Under the pieces are notes generated by a model. That model did not search any database. It was not told the DNA's origin and worked only from the letters and a program-made list of their open reading frames with translations. From NCBI RefSeq assembly GCF_009834535.1, contig NC_045697.1, positions 25,608,001-25,672,000 on the forward strand: DNA of 64,000 bases, in the 5' to 3' direction. This document shows positions 25,880-39,329 of the stretch, piece by piece; position 1 is the stretch's first letter, and each line of letters begins with the position of its first letter. The stretch comes from Camelus ferus (lineage: Eukaryota). The position numbers were made by a program, and so were the translations under genes.

Positions 25880-27040
25880 ATCTTGGAAGCCAGAGGAATC
25901 TCTAGAGCATAGCTTGTAGTTTGAGTTCCCAGTACCTATGAAAAGAAACCAGCACTCCTTGAAGAAATGCTGAATCCAGGCTGGGGCAGAAAATTTATGT
26001 GATGACCCTGGAATATCCTAGTCTCACCAAATACTGAGGAGGCTATCAAAGTCAAATAGGGTCATATCAGCCAACTGGGGGGCCGCCAAACAAATCAAGC
26101 AACAACAATAACAGACCAAAGGTGCCAGCTCAAAGAATCTCCCACTAACTTGAAAATGTAAGCTTGAAAAAGAATGAAAATTTCCATTGTTTGAAACTCA
26201 TTTATTCATTTGAATTGATAAATTGAAAATTATGTCAGAAAAAGAAAACAGCTAATTGATCAACTTTGGAGGATGACAGGGCATCAATTCATTTATTTTG
26301 AAAACTTGTAAATGTGAGAAAATTACAGCTACTTAGTCTATTTTTCCTGTACTAACTGTGCCACTGCATAACCAAATACTACACGATGAAGTGCCTCTTT
26401 ATCTCTTTATAAAAAGCATTTAAACTATTAAATGAGAAAGGAGTGATTGACTTAGTGTCACCATTTTTGCAAACACCCAACAATTTTTGGGATGTACTAG
26501 GCATTGAATATCAACCATATTTCTAACAAAGAAAGTTAGACATCATGTACCTTCTACTGCAGAAACACACCTCGGTCTATAATCTTAAAATAGGGATCAA
26601 ACAAGAATCTGATCCAGCCAACTATATGCAATCAAAACCCCAGACTGTTGGAACATCAACAGATACATTATAAGAAAATTAAAGTAGTGAAGAGGGTACT
26701 TATAAAAAGAATTTTAAAATATACCACAGCTTCAAAAAATGGGAAACACTATAGTTTCTAGGAATGTACTTTTAATGATAAAATTGCAAAGAAATTTAAG
26801 AAATTGGTTACCATAAAAGTCAAGATAATGATTGCTTTTGGGGAAAGAAGGAATTTAAAATTTGAATGTGACACATGAGGAGTTTCAAGGGTGGGTGACA
26901 AAATTATATTTCTTGACTTGGGCATAAATAAATTATGTGGAGATTAGCCTTATAATAACCCATTAAGGAGTACATTTGTTTATGGTGATTTATCCATATC
27001 CATATATGAGTTTTATTTTATAACAAAAATGATGAAATAT
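25880..27040 (+). mobile_element. Old L1MC-like 3' region
   Basis: 'gaaaccagcactccttgaagaaatgctgaatccaggctggggcag' and 'ggttaccataaaagtcaagataatg', recalled from L1MC 3' ends. Confidence 0.6.
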
Positions 27041-27205
27041 AAATATTTTTAGGCTCCACAAATTTTATATTGAAAATTTGTACTGTATACCCAATTTTGT
27101 TGGGCAGGTTATCTCCATTATTGCCATGACTCTGTTATTTGAAATCATTAACTATGGGAATTAGAAAGAAAGAGAAGAGATTAAGAAAAGAACATAGCAT
27201 AGCAA

Positions 27206-27338
27206 GGGAGTGGGTATAGCTCATTGGTAGAGTGCATGCTTAGCACTCACAAGGTCCTGAGTTCAATCCACAGTATCTCTATTTTTAAAAAAAGAATAAA
27301 AATAAGTGCTCATAAAAAATAATATAAAGTCATAAGAC
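27206..27338 (+). mobile_element. tRNA-Ala-derived SINE (Vic-1-like), second copy
   Basis: 'gggtatagctcattggtagagtgcatgcttagc...gagttcaatcc' head, A-rich tail, TSD aagaaaaga(a/g)catagca (27183-27199 / 27339-27355) after a TT/AAGA site. Confidence 0.9.
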
Positions 27339-30089
27339 AAGAAAAGAGCATAGCAAGTATAATTTACTAAGCACAAGTGCCAAGTTGACCCTTCACATTA
27401 GGGAGTAACAGGAACCCACTATGTGAGTGAGCAGGTGGACTGACCAGAGAGGATTTCTTTGATAATTTATGAAGGATAGTAGACATGGAGAAACATCTCA
27501 TTTTTCTTAACTATTTAAAGCTATTGAAAGTTATCAAAATTTCCTAAATAAAGCTATCAAGTTACACTATATGTCTTTAGGGCCAAAACTAGTCTGGGAG
27601 GTGAGAGTAGACACATAGTGAAGCTTCCAGATAGCAATCAAATTCAATATATACAGAACCCTCGGGTGTACTGCAACACAGATAACTCTAATACACCTTA
27701 ATGAGCTTTCCCAAATAGGGTGACAGCTTCCCTTTCACTCAGTAAAGTAACTAATGAATCTAACTCTCTTATAGTTCATTAGGATCTCAAAAAGTTTTCT
27801 TTCTGCTCAACATCCAGATTCCCTGAGTCCTACAGTACATCTGTTTTCTTTATCAGTTCATGGTATCTGAGAAAAGTTACTCTAACCCTTAGGTCTTCTT
27901 TGGGAGAAAAGGGAAAAGGAAGAACAAGTGAGCGAATCACATATATTCACAGCAAAATTGCTCTAACTAAATAAATACACAAGGGGATATATGAATAAAT
28001 GAAAATCATACTTGGGGAAAGATGTTATTTATATAATTTAATCATGTAATTAGCATTTATCTCAAACAAGGAACTGCAGAAGAGCTGACCAAGCTTGGAT
28101 TTCTGTGGCTTGAATGCATGCTTCGGAGGTACCAGGTACCACAAGGACTAAATCTGACTCTAGAGGGACTCTGTGCATATGAGGAGAGATCCTTTGGTAA
28201 GAGGCAGGTTTCTCTTTCCTAAGCAATTCTGCGACAGCAGTCAGCAGAAACAAACCCTGCAGCACACGACCCAGGAATGCCTTCTCGTGAAAGGAGATTT
28301 TTTTTTTTCTTTTAATGTTCGGAGTTTACATACAGTTCATTACTGGTTGGGTAGTAGAGTACACTTGGATATAATGGATAGGGAAGTGAAGCATGGAATA
28401 TGAGTGCAGTCACCATACATTTCTGAACTTTGGGAGAAGTCAGCAACTTCTCAAATATCTCAACTCTGACTCTGAAAGAATAGCTTTATGGGCTGATTCC
28501 CCTAAGAATGTGTAGTACCCTGATCAGTTTAGGGTCACAGGTCACAAATTTCTGACAACTGGCAAAGGCCAAGTAGCATTCTAGTGCAGTAAAAACAAAG
28601 AATTCTCCACCTTTCTACCTTCACTCAAGTGCTGGTGGTTTTAGACTAAAGTGTGTGTGTGTGTCTGTCTGTGTGTTTACAAAACTACAACTAGAGTTCT
28701 GGGAACACAATTGTACATTAAACTTCAGATAGTTAGCCTGAGGGCTCCAACTATGTGTTTCCCTCATTTGGAAAGCATGAGCTCCATGCTGGAATATTCT
28801 TGCACATCTTTTTAACTCATTCAATTCTTTCAAAGTAAAGCTAAAGAAAAAATTGATGTCAAATTAATACAAATTCTGAGACCCTGAACTTACACACTCA
28901 TTCTAGTTAGAAGACAACTCAGCTTCTACAATATCTAAACCCTACCTTAGAATTGCAAACCCTCTTGTTGAATTTGGTCAAAATGAAAAAGTGGGGAGGA
29001 TGGATTTTGGAATAAAAATTAACAATGGTTTTGGGTTTTAGACTTTTAATTTAAAAGCAATAAAATTTGACCTAAAATTGTTTTTCTTTCTGACTTTGTT
29101 TCTGGATTTAATTCTTTTCAAGAGAAATTAAACCTTTAATGTTCCATTTATCTTTGAAATTTGATCATAGAAAAAGGTTTTATTAAAATTATGGGCATCT
29201 CAATGTGGTTGACATTTTGCTATTGAGGTGACTAGTATTTTAATAATAGAAATCCCTTACAATTTCATTTCATCTCATTACAGAATCTCTAATAGATTAT
29301 ATTAGACAAGGTGGCTGAACAAAATTTGTGAGAGGAAACAGAATGATAAATGAGTTTTCAGCCTTGTGAACAGAATGACCCTGAAAGAAACTTACTAAAG
29401 ACAAATCTGACCCATTTTGGAGATTTCTGACAGTATAAGTTTTATCCCCTCTGCTGATGAATGGTCTCAGGAAGAGACCCAAAGGAGCAGTCATTGGTAC
29501 TTGGAGAAATGCCTCAAGAGGTTCTAAAGACTTACCATCTTGATGACTGGTAACTGTACCTTCCCTATTGGTCAGTCATTGACTTGTGGTTAAATCCAGT
29601 AGGTTAAGAGTGGGGAAAAAGCTAGTGATATGACTCTTGCCTCCCTCTTTCCCTTTAACCAAGGAAATGACGTGGCTCGGGAATTAGAGGATAAGGTAAG
29701 TTGACGCCCAGTGTCTACTGCTCACTCCTAACGTGCCTTCCTCTGATGCAGAGGTTGTGAAATGCCGCCTTCCCTAGATACCTTTATCTTCATCAACAAT
29801 AGTGTTAATATTTTACTCTTTTCACTGCTGATTCTTGTAATACCCAATTGCTTCATAACCTGAAAGAGATGAGTACTGTTTTCTGGACTTCATCACAACC
29901 CATTACATTAAAAAAGGGAAAACACACCAATTTAAGAGAATTAGGAAAATATAGGAAAGCAGATTGTGTTCTTTTTATTTTGAGTTATTTGACTTTTCCT
30001 CACTAATGAAAAGAGGTCTTAACATTTTACAGACAGTAATCTTTTGTCTGGCAAATACTAACTCACATTTCATCAAACTGGTATTCCCA

Positions 30090-30900
30090 CTACTCCCATC
30101 CATCCTTCATATCATTGCAAATGATCTTTCTAAAATTTAAATTTAATTATATTAATCCTCTGCTTGAAACCTTTCATTTCAGGCAAGACAAAGTTGAAAT
30201 TCCTTGTTCAAATAAGGTTCTCATCTGTCTGGCCGCTGCCTACCATTTCAAACTTACGTCTCACTTCAGTTCCCCTGGTTACTCTGTCATCACCCTTGTG
30301 CTGCTTAAACCCACTCTCTACACAATGCACCAGCAGTAGGAATACACTCATGTCCATGTCCTGCTCAACACCCTGTAAAATCCCCTCCTGACCTAGCACA
30401 TACAATGCAAGCTCATTAAAACAGCCTTCAAGGTGACCCATGACCTGACTATAGCCTTGCTCCGCAGCCCCGTTTTTCTGTCATGATTGATGTCACACTT
30501 CATGCTTAAACAATGTAAAACCGTGTATAGAGTCCCCAGAGATACAATATAATTCCTAACCTCTGAGTCTTTGCTCATACAGGATTTTGTTTTTGAAATG
30601 TCATCCCTTTCATGTTTATGGCTCTCTCCCAATTTTTAAGTCGTAACCCACATGTCCCTCCCTCCCTCCCAAACTCTAAGAGAAGTGAGATGGCGCTTAC
30701 TGCGTGCTGCTGGGATATCCTGTGCAGACTTCTATAATAGCCCTTTCTACATCGTTTATAATTATCCGATTGTATGTATTTCCCCCACTGGATTTAAGCT
30801 CCTTGAGAACAATGACTTACTTAATCATATGATTTCTTCTCTAATGCTTGAAGAACAGAAGAACCAACAGTTACATGTTGGATTGAACACTGAAGAATGA
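30090..30900 (+). mobile_element. Degenerate L2 fragments
   Basis: 'aatgatctttctaaaatttaaat', 'tcccccactggatttaagctccttgagaac'. Confidence 0.55.
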
Positions 30901-31221
30901 AGTAATATATTTTATGGTTAGTCGTTACAGGGAATTGCTGAAAAATCCTTGACTGCATCTTGCAGTTTCACAGACCCTTAGAGTGTACATTGAGGTAGCA
31001 TTTTTGGATGACAATATCTTTCATATTTAACATACAACACTACCTTTTCCCAGAAATTCCACTATTAGAAAAATATTCTAAAAATACTGTAATAATGTTA
31101 TACTATTATTTTATAATGACATAAATATTTATATTATACCCACAAAATATCCTATAGATACTTAGATTATGCCACAGAAGATAGTTCTTTGCAATGGCTG
31201 TGATGGCAAGTAAACTGTAAG

Positions 31222-31424
31222 CCATGGTGATTAATTTTGCATGTCAACACGGTACACAGGTTTTAGTCAAACATCAATCTAGATGTTGCTGTGAAGGTAT
31301 TTTCTTTAGGTATTTCTCCAAGAGACAGAGAGAGAGATGGAGATATAGATCAATACAGATATATAGGTATACAAATACAGTCACACCTGTCGGTTCTGAT
31401 TATCTGCAGAAAGCTGACTAACAC
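31222..31424 (+). mobile_element. MLT2-like (ERVL) LTR, internally deleted
   Basis: 5' 'attaattttgcatgtcaac...tcaaacatcaatctagatgttgctgtgaaggtatttt' joined to the 3' end 'ggttctg...ctgactaacaca'. Confidence 0.7.
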
Positions 31425-33748
31425 AACTACCTGAAGGAAAATGAACAAGGAACTATTTAGGTAAATGGTAATAATTTCCCACCCAAACCTTTTACCACTA
31501 CTGTAGTGTTATCAAAAACTAGTAAGGCAGATCTTTCTGTGTTAAGATAGAAAACAAGTCATGAAAAACTTTCTGATGTGTACGTAGTACCATTGCCATT
31601 TAAAAAAATCCATTCATGTAGATGTGCAGATATAGAGTAACTACCAAGTTGATAACAATGGTAATCTGAATAAGTGGATTGTAATTGTTATTGTCTGTTT
31701 TCTTAACAGTATATTTTGAATTATTTTCAGAGGCCCCACTATAGTTATTGTAAAATAATAACAAAGTCACTTTTTGGAAGTACAAATTACTTCATACCTG
31801 TTCTCATACATCTCTTCCTTGTCAATTTTTTTTTTTTTTTTTTTACTGGCAATACAGCCCCCTTTCCTCTCTTCATTTGTCTTGACAGCACATAACCAGA
31901 TTCCAGGGTTTCAGATCATGACTCACCTTTTCTCAGAGCCTTTTCTGACACATCCTTTCTGAGTAGAATTGCTTACTACTTTCTCTGAGTTACCACTGAG
32001 CCCTGAACAAAATATACCAAATCCCAAGTAATATACTACTGAGCTACTTCTGTCTTCTAGATTGCTCTTGAATACCATCTGCCAAATTTACCAAATGTGT
32101 ATCTCTGTCACGTCGCTCCATACAACCTCACAGTTAAATGATTAAATGTGTGCTTGACACCTCCACATGGATATCAAAGAGGTGTCTCAATTCTCACACG
32201 CCCTAAACCAAATTGCTGGTAACAGGTAATCACTCTCTGCCAACAGATGGCACAGACTGAGAATATTAAGTGGTCTATATCTCTAACTGAAGATTGAAGC
32301 TGTATCCAAGGTGAAATAAATGCTAAGAAAGAAAAGTGTTTTTAATCTACTGTACTCAAATTACTATGTTGGTTGGAGACTGGAATTAAATCACTGCTGT
32401 GATAATTCAAATACAACAACCATGCAAACACTAAGCAAACCCCCATTGGAGCAGCTCTTTGTAAATGCTGTCCAGTAATTTCAGTAAGCTATAGATCCTC
32501 TGCTGTGTTAATGCAAACATAACAGATGGTTATGCAAATGAAGTGCACGCACTAAATCTTAGTAGTGAATGTAATTAATTATGAACTTATGAGTTGGAAT
32601 AATTTCAAGATGCTTTCCATCTAAAGATAGTTTGAAAGGAAAGCTTGAGCATTCTAGTAAAATCAAAAGTGGTTGTAGGCTAATGGGCATTTTGAAGACT
32701 TAGCAAAATTTCTTAAGGCATTTTATTTATTATAGCTTTAATTAAGTTTAAAATGCTGACATATTTTCCTGATTCTAAACAATATTCAAATCCCGGAAGG
32801 ATAGGCAAATACGTCAAACATTCTCACAGTGCTATAGGATAATCCCTAATTGTTTACTCTAGAATTTGTTCATGATCATCAGACAGCCATCAAAACTTAG
32901 TTCAAATTCCCTATAGCATTCAATTATTGGGAGCTATAAAAATGAGAATTACTGATTAGCACACTAACTTGGGTTTCCATAGCGACAGAATTTTTAAATC
33001 CTTGTCTCTATTTTTATGCATTTGTTTTTTGTTTCTTTATTTGAAGCAGAATGAAGTTTCAAAGGCTACTAAGGATTCATAGCATAGCTGAGATCAACAT
33101 ATCATTCATACCAATGCCACTGTGAGAGTGATTCATAGGGGTCCCTAAGCCTCCCTGAGTCTGTTTTTACATCTCTAAAATGAGGAAGAAAGTTGGATAA
33201 CTGTGTAAGAGAGATTATGCTTTAAATGCTTTAAAATGTATTATTTATGTGGCTAGTATCCTTTAAGTGTGGGGTTATATAAAAGATTTTATAAACTGAT
33301 TTTTCTTGTTATTTGCATATTATTTGATCTGGATTAACATCCAAGGAAACAACGTGTCTTCACTTTCAAGATATAGCCAAACTAAAATATTAGATTATTA
33401 TCATATTAAAAGGGAAAAAATAAACTGTGGCAGTGCAAAAATATTAACAACTAGCAAGTATCATAAACTAAAACAAGTAGGATGATATGCCATTTTAAAA
33501 GGTAAACAATGAATTTTCCATATATGAGACATCAAAGTCAGAATTCCCATGTACTATAGACATAAAAATTTTATTTGAGCACTTTTAAAATGAAATATAA
33601 ACAATTTTATTTTTCCATCTTAAGAAAAAAGTACAAAATACATCTTACTAGCGTTAAATCTGTCATTTTAAAAAATTCACTGATATTAAATGTTGATGTG
33701 TACATTATTTTGCCTTTCCCTATGGTACATAGCAAAAAAGCAAGATGA

Positions 33749-34065
33749 CAAAAAAAAAAGAAGACAAATGAACTTTAATATAAAACAGAAACAGTCTCAC
33801 AGACATAGAATACAAACTTGTGGTTGCCAGAGGGGTGGAGGCTAGAAGTTTGAGATTTGTAGATACTGACAGGTATATATAGAATAGATAAAAAAGTTTA
33901 TATTGTGTAGCACAGGGAAATATATTCAAGATCTTGTAGTAGCTCATGGTGAAAAAGAATATGCAAATGAATATATGTATATTTATGTATGACTGAAAAA
34001 TTATGCTGTACCCCAGAAATTGACACAACATTGTAAACTGACTATAACTCAATTGAAAAAAAAAA
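33749..34065 (+). mobile_element. Young 5'-truncated L1 3' UTR
   Basis: Homologous to the 3' UTR at 19090-19410; pure poly(A); TSD aaaaa(a/g)gcaagatga (33734-33748 / 34066-34080). Confidence 0.92.
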
Positions 34066-37000
34066 AAAAAGGCAAGATGATGATACTGTCTCTGGGGTTA
34101 GAAAACATGTTCTTTTTTCTTAATATTAAATTCAAGCCTACTTCTACTTAAAATCATTGAGTAAAGTGACTTTAAAAAAAAAGAGAGAGTAAAGTTAAGG
34201 AAAGAACAAATTAAGTACTAAGAGCAAAAATAACATACAGAAGAAAGATAAAAGGAAAATGCAGTGAGGAAATGACTGAAGATGGAGCTATAAGGTGCAA
34301 AGAGGAAGCAGTCATGAGGCTGAGAAGCAACAAAAGGTGGAAGAAAGCAGAGAGAAAAGAAGATTAAATAAATCAGATTAAAAAAGTCTTTCAAATGTAT
34401 CAAATGTGATTTCTCCAACAGTTTATTATAGTTTTAAAGTGTTACAGAGTTGCTGTATATGACTGTGAATTCCTAAATATTGTTTGATGGAAGTTTAGGT
34501 CTACTGGTCAATAGATTTGCAAAAAAAGAGAAGTTCGTATCTGCTAATAATGTGTGTTTTTAGTTTTTGGCTCATTTCTGGGAGAAATTCTTAAGTGAAA
34601 ATTTTGCTCAAGGGCAGATTTTTGCTATTCTTATTAAAATTAACTGGAAGCATTGACAGAAATGTTAAGACTTCGTATTGTAGCTTAAGTTACAACATTA
34701 CTGTAGAATGATGCAAATTCATAATCCGTGTACTAAGGTAAATCATGAACTATTCTGCACAGATCCTAAAGTAAATAAGTTATTTTGCCTTAGGAAAAAA
34801 TATCTGAGCACATGAGGTAACCATTGACTTCTTCCAAGCTGTTTTAAGGAGAAATTATGTGGCTTTCAAATGTGTAGTGTAAGCATTTGGTAACTAGTCC
34901 CAGTGCATGAATGATCATCGAAGTTTAGCCTTTGTCTTCCCAAAATTGCAATACCTTCTATGGAGTCTAATGGAAATATATATTCAGAGATACAGAGCTG
35001 TCAATTTTATCCATTTTAGCCTCTAGAAAAAGTTAAGTAAGTTATTTTGAAATTATTATTGTTCTTTTCCTATAGAAGAGGCTGTAATTAGAACATGATA
35101 AATACTGATGATCATGTAGGAAAATTTGCAGTTCTGAATCAGATACTGACAATTGCCTAAGATATTATTAACATATTATAAAATATATTATATATTTCAT
35201 ATGTGATTTATATATTATTATAATTTTATTTGATACTGAATGCGTAAGTATCTATAAAGTGCTTAGAAGTATGTGTAGCATATGTATGTGTGTGTAGCAT
35301 ATGTATAGTAAGTCCTATATAGTTATCCCCTACCGAGTAGTCCACTTCCGTTTCATACTCAACACACCTAAAGGAGAATTCACAAATTTCTCTATATATG
35401 TAATTCCTCATTTTTTTAAAATGCATCCCATTCTTCCACTTCTCCAAATCAAAGTCCCAAATTCATTTTACACTTTTCTCTCTCCTGCTTGTATCTATTC
35501 AGACAGTAAATCTTTATATCTTTACTTTGCCTTGATTCATGTTGTCTTTATAGCTTTCTCTAATAGAATACTTCAGTTGGGCTACAATGACTCCACTTTT
35601 CTATTTCTCCATATTATATGTTACTGCTATATTATTCTTCTGAAAATATTTTCCATATTGCTACTTGCCTGTTGAATAACTCAAAATGGATTACTGTGAT
35701 CTACTGAATTAATTCCAACCATTTCTTCCTGAAATCATTAGTCTTCCGTAGTTAAACATAGATGCTCATTTATTTTCCTCTCCCATTTCCCCATATAGAC
35801 CACCTCAGATTCACCATACAGGTATTCTGAAAATTTTGATAGCACGTTATTATTCATAGAATATCTTATTTTCATTAATCTTGTTATCACTTAGATTTAT
35901 GCTAGACAAAAATATACCATGTTCTAAATTTAAGCTGCTCAAAGACTATATAATATTATCATGGTTAAATATCTCCACATGCATGACATTATATTTACTG
36001 ACAATATAAACAATATCTTGTTTTCCTGAACCCTAGTGTAAGAATCTAAGGTCTAAAAAAGCGGTGAAGTGTTATTTTGAGATTCTCACAGTCAAAATTT
36101 AAAGTGGGAAGGGCCCTGAGGAGAGGTATGGTAGAATTCTTACTGTTTTATGAGAGCCAGACATTCATTATTAGGATTGGGAGAAAGAACTAGGACATTT
36201 CACAGTCTGTAAAATGAACATAATAACAGTTCTTTAAAATGATAATGACTTAGCTAAATTGATATTGAAATGTGTCAAGATTTTTACTTTTCCAGTAAAA
36301 AATGGTGGTCAAATTTTAAAAATTAAAATAGAAAAAGAACCAAAGTGTTTTAGGGAGAATTAGAGAGGAGCTGCCTATGATCCGCATTTGGAGCAACAAG
36401 GAGACTAGTAAATAATGTGATTCAGTACCAGGACAGTACCCTGCAGATTCCTCCCTGTACATAAGGAAGCCCCTCCTTCCTCTCAAAGTCTACCTTAATA
36501 TAACTTCTTTTAATCAATCAAATTAAGATGTAATGTACTGTGTTTATTTTATTTCCTGTGAAAAAAAATAAACCATTAGATTAACTCCCTGAATGATTTA
36601 TACTTGAACTGCAAAATGTAACACTGAAGTATTATGGCTTTCACAAACATTTTTTTATGTTATATGCTACTAATAATAAGAAATCTATGGTATAATTAGC
36701 TTGAAAATGCCTATGATAAATATTATGAATATTCTGACTATCTCATTTGCATTCAAAATTGCTTTGCTTGTCAGTTATTGAGGAATATCAGAATGCTCCT
36801 AAATACTAACTTTACACATAGGTTTGTTGATGGAGTCAATTACATGAAACTTAAAGGTATATTTGCTTTCTGTTAAAAAATGAATTATAAACTTAAAAAA
36901 TTATCCTGGCTATAAAAGTATAGAACATACGACACTCACACACACATGGACTTCTTAAAGCTGAGTCATTCATTTAGGTTTTTTACAAGTTAGGGTGTGT

Positions 37001-37300
37001 GTAACAAATTGGACAGAAATAGAGTCCATTGAGTTTTAAATGCCCTCATTTCTGGAAATTATGTATGCCTCTCATTTTATTCTCTGGCAATATTTATACA
37101 TGTTAGGGAAGGACTAGTTAAAGACTTTGATGTTTAGACTATTGATATATTTCTTAAACTCAAGTTACTCTTCCCATTTTCCTAGATATCATTTTCTTCA
37201 TTTTAGAACTATTTTATTTACCAACATAAGATGTAGATGTTAACTTTATAGATTTTTCTACAGCATCTCCTTCTACATTTCTCCCCATGATTTTTATTCC

Positions 37301-37695
37301 TGTATTAGTCACCTCAGGTTGCCATAATAATAAAACACATATTGGGTGGGTTAAATAGCAGAAATTAATTTTCTCACAGGCTTGGAGGCTGGAAATCCAT
37401 GACTAAGGTGCCAGCAGGGTTGCTTTCTGGGGTGACCTGTCTTCCTGGCTTGTGGATGGCCACCTTCTCACTGTGGTTTCACATAACATTTCCTCTGTGC
37501 TCATACAGAGAGAGGTCGATCTTTGGTGTCTCATCCTTTTCTTATAAGTGCACCAGTCCTATCAGGCTAGAGCCCCAACCTTATGATTTAATTTAATCTT
37601 ATTTACCTCATTACCTATCTCAAAGTATAGTCACAATGGGAGTTGGTGTTTCATCATTTGAAATTTGGGGGGTGGACACTATCCAGTCCATAAAA
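37301..37695 (-). mobile_element. MLT1A-like solo LTR
   Basis: 'tgtattagtc...ttggaggctggaaatccatgactaaggtgccagcagg...ggacactatccagtccataa'. Confidence 0.85.
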
Positions 37696-38809
37696 ACCAC
37701 TGGTGACAATTTCTTTTTGCATTTTCTTGACTCTTTAAGTTTCATGGAACTTCAATCTAATGTTTTGGATTAAAAATTGTATCAAAGCATATATAAAATA
37801 ATATTGTCCTAAGTTCAATAAGTATCTGGAGTGTATCTACTTCCAAGGGCAAAAGATAAAACTGATAAAGTCACTCTATGCTTCACAACTTCAATAAATG
37901 TTATGAAATCGGTGATATCAACCTTTCCATTAAGGTTTCATAAAATATAGAAATGATGATTCTTCTTCATCAAATTATATCTTAAAATTCTGAAAGAACT
38001 CTGACACTGTATTTCCTGTTCCTTAAAGAAAAACACTCCAAACAACATACAGTGCATATAAAATATACTGACACAATGAAGAGAAAATATTTCTTCTCAG
38101 ATTTGTATTTGACAGTCATCAAGAAACTGAGAAAATGAAATTTTCTATTTTAACTTGTCATGTGAAGCATTTCAGATCCTTTAATCAAAATGTGATGTAT
38201 ATAAGCATATATATACAAAATATGTGTACATATATACACACATAAAAACTAATTATATGGCCCTGGAAAAGGTTTTAAATTTGCTGCAAGTAAATTTTCT
38301 TATTTACAAAAAATACTTTGTATCACATTTACATTTTACAGTAATTTATTTGATCTTAGTTTGGTCATCTTGACGTTTTTGAAGGCTTACAAATTATTTC
38401 CATAGGTTACAACTTTTCAGCTTTTATCTCCAGTACTTTTGAAGTTATAGAGTCTATTTTATACAACCAATTGTTAAGTCACAGTATTCCAAGGTATTCT
38501 TTATAATGTATATCTCTGTACTTCAGAGTCGGGAATAAATAGGATCTTTTGAATATGCCTCATTAAATATGAGGAACTCAGCAAAGGTAGCTCTCCTCAT
38601 ACCAGTTCACTTATCCTCCCACACACATCTTGATCTATTTTAAAAATTCATCCAAGAATGATTTTGTCAGCTTGTTTATTATTAATCTGATTAAATTTAG
38701 TACTTCATTATTTTTATACCAAATATGAACAACATTTATGCTGTTTGGCATCTAATATCTGCAGAATTATATCAGCATGTATGTATGCATTTCTGTACAT
38801 ATATTACAT

Positions 38810-39020
38810 ATATAATAGATATATCTGTATATACTTTTAGCCCTTACAAGATTTCCATGAATTATGTGTTACTACTATTCTCATTTTATGTTTGAGGAAA
38901 TCTGAATTCAGAAATTTAAAATAATGTTTTCCAGTGCTACCTAAGTAAAAACAGTAAAAGAGGCAATGAAATTATGTCAGTTATGTCAATCTGGCTCCAG
39001 AGCCATGGTGTACAATTCTC
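38810..39020 (-). mobile_element. MIR fragment
   Basis: 'tattctcattttatgtttgaggaaatctgaattcaga...tctggctccagagcc'. Confidence 0.6.
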
Positions 39021-39329
39021 AAAAACCATCTCACATCCTTGCTTGCCTACTTTCTTCCTTGAATTGATGCAGCAGCCAGCCATATGCAGGAGTGACTTGA
39101 CAGCACCCTGCCACAGCTGCACAGGGCACTTCTTACTTTCTGATCCAGATTCTCTGCTGCTCCTCTTAGGAAGCCTGTGGGAATCCATTCAGACAATCTA
39201 ATGAATGTGCAAAGTAAGTAACATGAATGCTGATGGACTCAGATTATTTGAAAGTATATATTTCAGGATCTAGGACAAGCACTAGAATTTTTTTTTAAAA
39301 TAAATGTAATCAATGTGAAAACAGGTGAG

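Noticed and set aside
35301..35675. 124-aa hydrophobic ORF
   Set aside because: Lies in T-rich, degenerate L2-like sequence; hydrophobicity reflects base composition.
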